From an uncultured virus (IMG/VR IMGVR_UViG_3300044646_001664) (Duplodnaviria; Heunggongvirae; Uroviricota; Caudoviricetes): DNA of 64,000 nt. The DNA lies in IMG/VR virus record IMGVR_UViG_3300044646_001664; one strand, written 5' to 3'. The translations under genes were made by a program, and so were the position numbers. Position 1 is the first letter of the stretch, and every line of letters begins with the position of its first letter. A model generated the notes under the pieces. That model worked only from the letters and a program-made list of their open reading frames with translations. It did no database searches and had not been told where the DNA came from. This document shows positions 41,128 to 47,897 of the stretch, piece by piece.

Positions 41128-41160
41128 TCGTCCACAGCCTGTGGATAAACCTGTGGATAA
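41128..41160 (-). promoter_or_regulatory. DnaA box cluster
   Basis: TGTGGATAA at 41140 and 41152, plus an inverted 7/9 box TCGTCCACA at 41128. Confidence 0.75.
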
Positions 41161-41171
41161 CTTACGTACGA

Positions 41172-41187
41172 TGTGATTTTTCTCACA
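41172..41187. promoter_or_regulatory. CRP/GlxR-type site, perfect consensus
   Basis: TGTGA-TTTTTC-TCACA. Confidence 0.75.
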
Positions 41188-41235
41188 CAGTTTGAGCGTC
41201 TTATTATTTGAGATTACTGGCTAGTAGGTTGTAAA

Positions 41236-41257
41236 TGTCTGCTAATTCTGCTAAACT
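41236..41257 (+). promoter_or_regulatory. RecA-NDp/PafBC-like promoter (variant)
   Basis: TGTCTG-N10-TAAACT; also TTGTAA at the -35 position. Confidence 0.55.
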
Positions 41258-41299
41258 TACAGAGTAAGAAAATAACAAAAAAGAAAGTAGGTAGCAAAA

Positions 41300-41497
41300 A
41301 TGGCTAACCTTTACACAATAGAAAACCTTTTACAAGGTAAACAATATCGCTCTAATTCTCTTAATGGAGAAATTATTAGCGGTGAAAAAACCGACCATTG
41401 GTTTGGTAATGATAGAGAAGCGTATCGTGTTTTAATTCGCACACCGCATTCTTATACAGACCACTATCGCATAATTGCGGTTAAGGTAGGTGAATAA
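41300..41497 (+). CDS. Small early protein
   Basis: 65-aa ORF after promoter and RBS. Confidence 0.55.
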   Translation: MANLYTIENLLQGKQYRSNSLNGEIISGEKTDHWFGNDREAYRVLIRTPHSYTDHYRIIAVKVGE

Positions 41498-41706
41498 ATG
41501 ATAAAACTTTGTGGTATTTGTGGTATCAATTCCGCTCATGTATCTAAGCATGGCATTCCCCCAATGTGTGATGAATGTATTGCTAAGAATTGGAGGAGGG
41601 TCAATGTCTGATTATCTTAACTCTCTAGATGAGGTCTATACCGACCTAGTAGCCGAGTATGGCGAGGAGATAACCCTTGCTTATCATCAGGCTAATATAA
41701 AGGAGA

Positions 41707-41722
41707 TGTGAGGCAACTCACA
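41707..41722. promoter_or_regulatory. CRP/GlxR-type site, perfect consensus
   Basis: TGTGA-GGCAAC-TCACA. Confidence 0.75.
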
Positions 41723-41750
41723 CTCCAACACACCCCCTATAATTGGAAAA

Positions 41751-41772
41751 TGTCAGCGATAACTGATAGAAT
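41751..41772 (+). promoter_or_regulatory. RecA-NDp/PafBC-type promoter
   Basis: TGTCAG-CGATAACTGA-TAGAAT. Confidence 0.7.
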
Positions 41773-41805
41773 AATAACTCAAACAAAAACGAAAGGTGGT
41801 CAGAA

Positions 41806-41991
41806 ATGACTTATACTGTAAAACTAGAAACCTTTAATGGTGCTGTAAAAAATATCAACCTACCTTCTCAGGGTGCGGTTGCTCAATTCATAAACACTTA
41901 CCCAAACCAATTACCTGTTGGCGTATCTGTAAAAATTGCTTGTGATGTGTTAGGTGTTCGTGGCACACTTAGGGGAAAGGCGTTAGCATAA
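41806..41991 (+). CDS. Small early protein, paralog of 39407..39592
   Basis: GAAAGGTGG RBS; shared motif. Confidence 0.6.
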   Translation: MTYTVKLETFNGAVKNINLPSQGAVAQFINTYPNQLPVGVSVKIACDVLGVRGTLRGKALA

Positions 41992-42140
41992 TGATAAGTA
42001 GCGTAATGACTTTTAAATGCGACCAATGCAATAATGCAGGTTATATCTTTTGGGGAGATAACCTTGACTATGATGTAGAAAAATGCCAATGCGAAAATTT
42101 TGCCCTTGGAACTTTATTTACTAGCGGGGAGGCTGACTAA
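41991..42140 (+). CDS. Zn-finger micro-protein (49 aa), paralog of 42907..43071
   Basis: CDQC...G.I.WG...DYDVE.C.C. Confidence 0.5.
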   Translation: MISSVMTFKCDQCNNAGYIFWGDNLDYDVEKCQCENFALGTLFTSGEAD

Positions 42141-42349
42141 TGAAAACAATTAAACACTACATAACACTAGAAACTGAAATTCTTAACGAAAACGATATAA
42201 CTGCTAAGGCTCTTTTATCTTTACCTAAAGAAACACAACAAATTAGACTAACTGAATTAGCCTATATTGCTTTATCTGAAACAATAGAAAAAGAGTTAAT
42301 AAAGTTAAATAAAAACAATTCTTTTGCTGTCTTAAAGTTGGTTAAATAA
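42140..42349 (+). CDS. Hypothetical early protein
   Basis: GGAGG RBS, TAATG coupling. Confidence 0.55.
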   Translation: MKTIKHYITLETEILNENDITAKALLSLPKETQQIRLTELAYIALSETIEKELIKLNKNNSFAVLKLVK

Positions 42350-42561
42350 TGATGACTAGAAAATCTTATATCCAAACCGCAAACATCTTAAAAGGATTTG
42401 TAGATGAAATTCCACAAAATACTTATGAGGATTTAGTTCAAGAATTTGCTGAGTGGTTTAAATCAGATAATGAAAACTTTGACTACGCAAGATTTGAAAA
42501 GGCTTGCGGAATTGATGAAATTGGTTTAATTCCTGTTGGTTCTGAAATGTGGAAGGGGTAA
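42349..42561 (+). CDS. Hypothetical early protein
   Basis: MTRK.Y...A.IL...F..DN.NFD..RF..AC pattern, seen in phage early regions. Confidence 0.55.
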   Translation: MMTRKSYIQTANILKGFVDEIPQNTYEDLVQEFAEWFKSDNENFDYARFEKACGIDEIGLIPVGSEMWKG

Positions 42562-42718
42562 AACAATGATAACTAATTTAGATTTAATTGCAATAATTAT
42601 TGCGCTAAGTGGTTCAATGTTGGTAATGTTTTTATTTTATAAACAAAATGTTGCACAACAAAAAGAAATTCGCAGATTGCGAAATGAATTGCGTAAAGCA
42701 TTTAAAGTATAAATAAAA

Positions 42719-42746
42719 ATTCCTGAGCAAGAATAAAAACTGCTCA
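42719..42746 (+). ncRNA. 3' H-type pseudoknot motif, copy 1
   Basis: ATTC-C-TGAGCA-A-GAAT-AAAAAC-TGCTCA. Confidence 0.65.
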
Positions 42747-42759
42747 AACATTTGTTCGA
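42744..42759. promoter_or_regulatory. Actinobacterial LexA (SOS) box
   Basis: TCAAAC-ATTT-GTTCGA; one mismatch to TCGAAC-N4-GTTCGA. Confidence 0.5.
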
Positions 42760-42859
42760 AAAACCCGGCGCAGGCGGCGTGTCGCAATCTATACATGACC
42801 TTTACGTGTGGTTAAGATCACACCCTAAATTCCCCAGATTAAGGCGTCTAATTGGATTT

Positions 42860-42881
42860 TGTCAGTTGTATCTGCTAGGAT
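42860..42881 (+). promoter_or_regulatory. RecA-NDp/PafBC-type promoter
   Basis: TGTCAG-TTGTATCTGC-TAGGAT; 9/10 CRP site upstream at 42807-42822. Confidence 0.7.
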
Positions 42882-42906
42882 AAAGATATAAAGAAAGAAG
42901 GAACAA

Positions 42907-43071
42907 ATGGGTAAAGTAAAAGAAGCACTAATGGATATATTAGAGCATGACCTATGCTATGGCTATGGTTGGTTATATCAAGGAAATAATGTAGACTTTG
43001 ATAGTGAGGTTTGCGAGTGTAATCCTTACGCTATATCTGCTGATGAAATAATGGAATGGAAAGGACTATAA
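42907..43071 (+). CDS. Zn-finger micro-protein (54 aa)
   Basis: AAGGA RBS; HDLC.G.GWLY.G...DFD.E.CEC. Confidence 0.5.
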   Translation: MGKVKEALMDILEHDLCYGYGWLYQGNNVDFDSEVCECNPYAISADEIMEWKGL

Positions 43072-43286
43072 TGGATAAAGAATATACTTATTCACTTACT
43101 ACTTCATATGATGGAGAGTTAATAAATACCCTGCGAGTTAGCGATATGCTAGAAGCAGTTAGGGCTTGGGATAAATGCGTGGACTATGGCTTTGCTAAAG
43201 AATACGCAACCTATAACTTGTCTGACCCAACAGGTAAGATGTATACTAAAACCTTCTACACTAACGGAGAGGTCGTAATTAAATAA
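43071..43286 (+). CDS. Hypothetical early protein
   Basis: MDKEYTY start by TAATG overlap, GAAAGGA RBS. Confidence 0.55.
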   Translation: MDKEYTYSLTTSYDGELINTLRVSDMLEAVRAWDKCVDYGFAKEYATYNLSDPTGKMYTKTFYTNGEVVIK

Positions 43287-43582
43287 TGGGAAGCATAACA
43301 GCAATAGGTTTAGCAGATACAACGCTAGACCTAGAAACACAATTAAAGTATCACCTGCAAGGTAATCATTATCCACCAATACCAACAGTAATGGTTCAGC
43401 CATGTATTGAGGCTATTGACGCATACTATGAGGAGGATTATTCTCGTAGAATAGAATTACCAGTTGTAGATGGATTTCAAATTAGTTGGAAAGGCAACAC
43501 TTGGACTACCGCCAGCGCATTGGTATCACACGCACACCTAGAGTGGTTCATTGAGCCAGCAGATGAGGACTTATATGAGTAA
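43286..43582 (+). CDS. Hypothetical early protein
   Basis: HL..NHYPP.P...C.EAI motif, seen in phage proteins. Confidence 0.6.
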   Translation: MGSITAIGLADTTLDLETQLKYHLQGNHYPPIPTVMVQPCIEAIDAYYEEDYSRRIELPVVDGFQISWKGNTWTTASALVSHAHLEWFIEPADEDLYE

Positions 43583-43667
43583 AGACTTGCAAGATAAGTT
43601 AGACGCAGTTGCTAAAATTTTAGAACCTATCCTATGGGAAACATTAGCAGAAATTGAGGCTGAATAA

Positions 43668-43901
43668 ATGGCTGCTACAATGATGAACATGGAATTAAAG
43701 AAAATAGATATTCTCAAACCTTCTATGATGATGGTTGGAGATTTTATTAGATACAATGATGAGGTAGTTGAAATACTTTCTCTTGAATCTGATCCTGACC
43801 AATACTTTTGGTATGCAGAATATCAAAATGAGTTTGGTGAAAAAGATACCGCTCAGTTAGTTGATAATGAATACTATGATTGGTATATTCACTTAGAATA
43901 A
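43668..43901 (+). CDS. Hypothetical early protein (SH3/KOW-like)
   Basis: VGDFI....V.I pattern. Confidence 0.45.
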   Translation: MAATMMNMELKKIDILKPSMMMVGDFIRYNDEVVEILSLESDPDQYFWYAEYQNEFGEKDTAQLVDNEYYDWYIHLE

Positions 43902-44004
43902 TTTTTCTGCACTTCCCCGCAGAAAAACCCGGCCCTGCCCGATTTGTCCGTTTTGTACCTTACGTACACTTGATATTTTCTCCACATTCTGCTAAAATAT
44001 TTAT

Positions 44005-44733
44005 ATGACAACATCACAATTAAAAAGATCATTTGACAGAAAGGTTGCTAATCTTGTCACAAAAAATGGAAAGCAAGCCGCAATTGCAAACACGTTCGGT
44101 CTTCCCGCTGGAAAGAATTATTCATGCCCTGGTGCCACTAGTGTTTGTGAAAGTGTTTGCTACGCAGGAAAACTTGAAAAACTCTACAAAGCCGTAAAGG
44201 CAAACCTAATACATAATTGGGAATTATTAAAAGACGCTGACGAATCGACTATGATTGATCTATTGCAGAATATGATTAATGATTTTAAAAAAGATTGTGA
44301 AAAGAAAAATGCGTCATTGTTATTTCGTATTCATTGGGACGGTGATTTCTTTAATGACACGTACACCAAAGCATGGAAACAAATCATCCTTAACAATACA
44401 GATATAAAATTCTGGGTATATACAAGGGTACAGCCTGCAGCGGTAATGCTAAAGGATATTCCTAATCTATCCTTATACTATTCAACAGACAGCGAGAATA
44501 AGCAGATAGGCGTTAGTTTAAAGAAAGATCATGGGGTACGCCTTGCATACCTTGCACAGAATTTTGCAATAGGTCAGGCAGATATGAAGGAGTTATTTAA
44601 TCGACCTGGTGCTAAGTGCCCTGAAAACCTAAAAGCCATTCCACTTATCTCAAGCGCTGGCTCGGCTTGCGTATCTTGCGGTTTGTGTGTATACTCTAAG
44701 AGCGACATAGTCTTTTCATCATCTAAGAAATAA
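44005..44733 (+). CDS. Gp88-like Fe-S/radical-SAM-related phage protein
   Basis: SCPGAT..C...CYA, FRIHWDGDF, FWVYTR, C-terminal CP...CxxCxxC. Confidence 0.65.
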   Translation: MTTSQLKRSFDRKVANLVTKNGKQAAIANTFGLPAGKNYSCPGATSVCESVCYAGKLEKLYKAVKANLIHNWELLKDADESTMIDLLQNMINDFKKDCEKKNASLLFRIHWDGDFFNDTYTKAWKQIILNNTDIKFWVYTRVQPAAVMLKDIPNLSLYYSTDSENKQIGVSLKKDHGVRLAYLAQNFAIGQADMKELFNRPGAKCPENLKAIPLISSAGSACVSCGLCVYSKSDIVFSSSKK

Positions 44734-44806
44734 GGGGCATATGGAGATACTAATAGTATTATCACTTATATTCTTATATATCCTATTCTCAGGCATGGGG
44801 CATTAG

Positions 44807-44822
44807 TGTGATGTATCTCACA
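44807..44822. promoter_or_regulatory. CRP/GlxR-type site, perfect consensus
   Basis: TGTGA-TGTATC-TCACA, abutting TCTCA-N5-TGAGA. Confidence 0.75.
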
Positions 44823-44917
44823 TCTCAATATATGAGATTATCCATGAGATAATTTGTATTTTTGACCAAAAAATGTTAGACTTATACAGTAAGCAAAAAC
44901 CAACAAGAAGGAGAACC

Positions 44918-45088
44918 ATGTCCGTATCAAACGCAACATACAAGGTAGGCGACACCTACACATCACAAAAATCAAAGGTAGTAGGAACTATTACCGAAAT
45001 TGTGCCAACTAACAAAAACACAGTTAGAGTTAAGTTAGATGTTAATGGCTCAACTCGCTGGACAACTTGGACAGCAAAGAACGCTTAA
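44918..45088 (+). CDS. Small SH3/KOW-like protein, paralog of 45678..45848
   Basis: AAGGAG RBS; TY..GD..T..K..V.G.I....P......RV.L...GS.R. Confidence 0.6.
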   Translation: MSVSNATYKVGDTYTSQKSKVVGTITEIVPTNKNTVRVKLDVNGSTRWTTWTAKNA

Positions 45089-45107
45089 TCTTAGCCTAGT
45101 GGCTAAA

Positions 45108-45134
45108 GTCCTGAGCATGACGAGAAACTGCTCA
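45108..45134 (+). ncRNA. 3' H-type pseudoknot motif, copy 2
   Basis: GTC-C-TGAGCA-T-GAC-GAGAAAC-TGCTCA. Confidence 0.6.
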
Positions 45135-45173
45135 ACTCAAAAGCCCCACTAACAGAAATGGAAACCCATCACA

Positions 45174-45596
45174 ATGGCAAGAAGCAAACCCATCAGCGTA
45201 AAAATCGCTACTGCTAAGGTTATTACAGCCTTAGAAAATAGATTAGCAGAGTTAGAGGCTAACTATAAAACACAAGACGAGAACGAAGCAAAGTTCCAAG
45301 TCGCAATAGAGGCTTGGAAAAAAGAACTATTTGCTTTTGCTATCGCTAATGTTTCTAAGGCAGAAAACCTACGCACTAACTATCGTCAATGGTCAAGCAA
45401 CCTTAATGTTGATTTTGATTTAACAGTTAAGGAAGGCGAGTTCCCTGCTGAGCCTCAAAGAGAGTTTGAGCAACTCCATGCTCATACCTATCGTGAGCAG
45501 AAAGAGGAAATGGAAAACGCTATCCGTATCCTCAAAATGACCGACGAGGAAACAGTTAATACTAGCACATATAACGCTATCGCAAGATACTTGTAA
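45174..45596 (+). CDS. Hypothetical coiled-coil early protein
   Basis: 140-aa ORF with highly-expressed-type codon usage. Confidence 0.65.
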   Translation: MARSKPISVKIATAKVITALENRLAELEANYKTQDENEAKFQVAIEAWKKELFAFAIANVSKAENLRTNYRQWSSNLNVDFDLTVKEGEFPAEPQREFEQLHAHTYREQKEEMENAIRILKMTDEETVNTSTYNAIARYL

Positions 45597-45677
45597 TAGT
45601 TTGGGGGTATTTGACTATGCCCCCAAAATATGTTAGACTAAATAAGTAAGCAACCACCACAACAGAAAAGGAAAATC

Positions 45678-45848
45678 ATGACACTAGGCGGATACACATA
45701 CCAACTAGGTGATTTATTCACCACTAGTAAAACAGGCGTAACTGGTAGAATTGTAAAGTTCTCACCACTTAACTCTAAACTTACTAGAGTATCACTACAA
45801 TTAGCAAACGGCTCTCGTCGTCTTGCTATGGTAAGCACAACTAAATAA
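45678..45848 (+). CDS. Small SH3/KOW-like protein (56 aa, not in ORF track)
   Basis: TTGACT-N17-TAGACT promoter, AAGGA RBS, MTLGGYTYQLGDLFTTSK... Confidence 0.6.
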   Translation: MTLGGYTYQLGDLFTTSKTGVTGRIVKFSPLNSKLTRVSLQLANGSRRLAMVSTTK

Positions 45849-45954
45849 ATAATCTTGGGGTAGGTTTGTAACGTGTAATCACTTAAGTCCCTGCCCCAAC
45901 CATATTTATCTCTGATAAGCACTTGGCTTAATTGCTAAGTTATTCCTGAGATAA

Positions 45955-45984
45955 GACTCCTGAGCATGAGTTCTAAACTGCTCA
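45955..45984 (+). ncRNA. 3' H-type pseudoknot motif, copy 3
   Basis: GACTC-C-TGAGCA-T-GAGTT-CTAAAC-TGCTCA. Confidence 0.65.
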
Positions 45985-46119
45985 TCTTTTAATTGCCCCC
46001 GCAAAAATCCGGGGCAGCGTGATTTAAATCACATCTCATTATGTGAGACTAATTAAGAACTGAACTTGCATTTCCACAATCTTGATGATATTATTGTATT
46101 AACAGAAAAGGAACCCCTA

Positions 46120-46587
46120 ATGAGCGAAGTAATGACACAGGAGCAGTTATCTGTTCCATACAATCCTAACCTACTTGTTACGTACAAGTATGTTCCAGAA
46201 ACATATGCAGCACCTGAAAGCCCTACATTCATGACTGATAAGGTTACTCAGATTGAATGGGACCTACATAACGGTCGTACTACTCAAAAACAATTAGCAG
46301 AGAGACGCTTAGATATAAGTTGGTTAGAGGAACAAATTGTAGAATGGTATGACCCTAACTATACTAAAGAAGAAGTGTTGCAAGCAATCATAGAACACTT
46401 TGGGTTTAATCCAACTAAGCAAATTGAAGTTCAAGGTACCGTATCGTTCAGCGGAACGATTAATATTCCACTGTCAGAGATTGAAGACTTTGACCTTAGC
46501 AATGTAACAATTGATGTTGATCTAAGTTCATATGAGTATGACGCAGATCTTAATGTGGACGAAGTATCTTTGGAGGACCACTACTAA
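46120..46587 (+). CDS. Acidic hypothetical early protein
   Basis: AAGGA RBS before MSEV; D/E-rich C-terminus. Confidence 0.6.
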   Translation: MSEVMTQEQLSVPYNPNLLVTYKYVPETYAAPESPTFMTDKVTQIEWDLHNGRTTQKQLAERRLDISWLEEQIVEWYDPNYTKEEVLQAIIEHFGFNPTKQIEVQGTVSFSGTINIPLSEIEDFDLSNVTIDVDLSSYEYDADLNVDEVSLEDHY

Positions 46588-46606
46588 ATTTGATAGGGGG
46601 CTATCA

Positions 46607-46636
46607 ACGTCGTGGGCCAAGACGTAAAACTGGCCC
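46607..46636 (+). ncRNA. 3' H-type pseudoknot motif, copy 4 (compensated variant)
   Basis: ACGTC-GT-GGGCCA-A-GACGT-AAAAC-TGGCCC. Confidence 0.65.
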
Positions 46637-46712
46637 TAACAAAAACCCGGCCCCGCCCTAAATGTCCGATTTGTACCAATTAAGAAGATTAAACCATTTT
46701 CCCCAATCCTAG

Positions 46713-46741
46713 TTGACATTGTCAGCCATGACTGCTAAACT
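46713..46741 (+). promoter_or_regulatory. Dual promoter: canonical -35 plus RecA-NDp/PafBC element
   Basis: TTGACA-t-TGTCAG-CCATGACTGC-TAAACT. Confidence 0.75.
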
Positions 46742-46767
46742 TAGTTAAAACAACCGAAAGGATAAAA

Positions 46768-47784
46768 ATGGCTCATGATTTAGAAACTCAAAATGGCGTA
46801 GCAAGTTTTGCATCATTTAGAGAGCCTGCATGGCACAATCTTGGTACTGTATTTGATACTGAGAAAAATACAAGTGAAATGCTTGTTGCTGCTAATCTTA
46901 ATAATTGGAATGTTAGACTAGAGGATTTAGAAATCCCATCTAGTTTAGTATCTGACAAACAATATCAATATGTTGTTCGTACAAATCCTACTGATAAATC
47001 TCAAACTGATGTTTTGGGAATTGTTGGGCAGCGTTATGTTCCACTACAAAATGAGGATTTATTTGCCTTTGGCGATAACATTCTTGATGGTGGTGGGCGT
47101 TGGGAAACCGCTGGCTCAATTAGTGGTGGGCGTGTAGTATTTGGCTCATTAGCATTAGAGCGTGAAACTGTATTAGACCCTAATGGCGTTGCTGATGTTG
47201 TAAAGACTTATTTACTCATCAACACTTCACATGATGGTTCAATCGCTATTCAAGCAAGCATAACACCTGTTCGTGTTGTGTGTGCTAATACTCTTAATGT
47301 TGCACTAAACCGCACTAAGAAAAAAGATGGCGTAAAGCAATCTTTCAAAATCCGTCATACCCAAACTGCTGAGGGCAAAATTGCTATTGCTCGTCAGGCA
47401 CTAGGCATGGCTAACGCTTACATGACTGAGTTCGATAAGATGGCTCATGCTATGATAGCAAAAGAAATCTCAGCACAAGATTTCAATAACATTATTCTTG
47501 CTGCTTATCCTAAGCCTGAATTAGATACTAAGGGCGCAGTAAAGAAATGGGAAAACAAGGTAGATATGATTAACGATATCTATACTGGTGAATTTAACGG
47601 AATGATTGCTGGTAATGCGTGGGGTGCGTTCAATGCGCTAACTGAGCGTTTAGACTGGTATCGTTCATCTCGTAGTGCAAATGGCGAAAGCATGTTTGCT
47701 GCTGCTTCTGGATTTGACCCTGCTACCAATGCAGAAAAAAATCGTTTGCTAAGTATTGTTCAAAATACTTTACAAATAGTTTAA
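46768..47784 (+). CDS. DUF932 (phage/plasmid-like TIGR03299) family protein
   Basis: PAWH.LG, LG.VG..Y..LQN, ETAG...GG..VF, SHDGS, TPVRVVCANTL, AWGAFNA.TE. Confidence 0.85.
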   Translation: MAHDLETQNGVASFASFREPAWHNLGTVFDTEKNTSEMLVAANLNNWNVRLEDLEIPSSLVSDKQYQYVVRTNPTDKSQTDVLGIVGQRYVPLQNEDLFAFGDNILDGGGRWETAGSISGGRVVFGSLALERETVLDPNGVADVVKTYLLINTSHDGSIAIQASITPVRVVCANTLNVALNRTKKKDGVKQSFKIRHTQTAEGKIAIARQALGMANAYMTEFDKMAHAMIAKEISAQDFNNIILAAYPKPELDTKGAVKKWENKVDMINDIYTGEFNGMIAGNAWGAFNALTERLDWYRSSRSANGESMFAAASGFDPATNAEKNRLLSIVQNTLQIV

Positions 47785-47789
47785 CAATA

Positions 47790-47818
47790 AAATCCTGAGC
47801 AAGATTTAAAACTGCTCA
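47790..47818 (+). ncRNA. 3' H-type pseudoknot motif, copy 5
   Basis: AAATC-C-TGAGCA-A-GATTT-AAAAC-TGCTCA. Confidence 0.65.
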
Positions 47819-47823
47819 TCATT

Positions 47824-47897
47824 GGTTCTGTAGCATAGTTGGTTAATGCGCTACCCTGTCACGGTAGAGATCGTGGGTTCAAGTCCCATCAGAGCCG
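47824..47897 (+). tRNA. tRNA-Asp(GTC), CCA not encoded
   Basis: Acceptor GGTTCTG/CAGAGCC, anticodon arm CTACC-CTGTCAC-GGTAG, T arm GTGGG-TTCAAGT-CCCAT, discriminator G. Confidence 0.92.

Noticed and set aside
45905..45954. CTGATAAG as a hammerhead core
   Set aside because: Does not match CUGANGA and no GAAA follows the inner stem
42719..47818. CCTGAGCA...TGCTCA repeats as CRISPR repeats or preQ1-I riboswitches
   Set aside because: Spacing is irregular (0.6-2.4 kb) with whole genes between copies. They lie 3' of genes, and no queuosine-related gene follows, so a preQ1 call is unsupported
47824..47897. tRNA as a prophage attachment site
   Set aside because: No integrase, no duplicated tRNA 3' end and no host-type genes on either side
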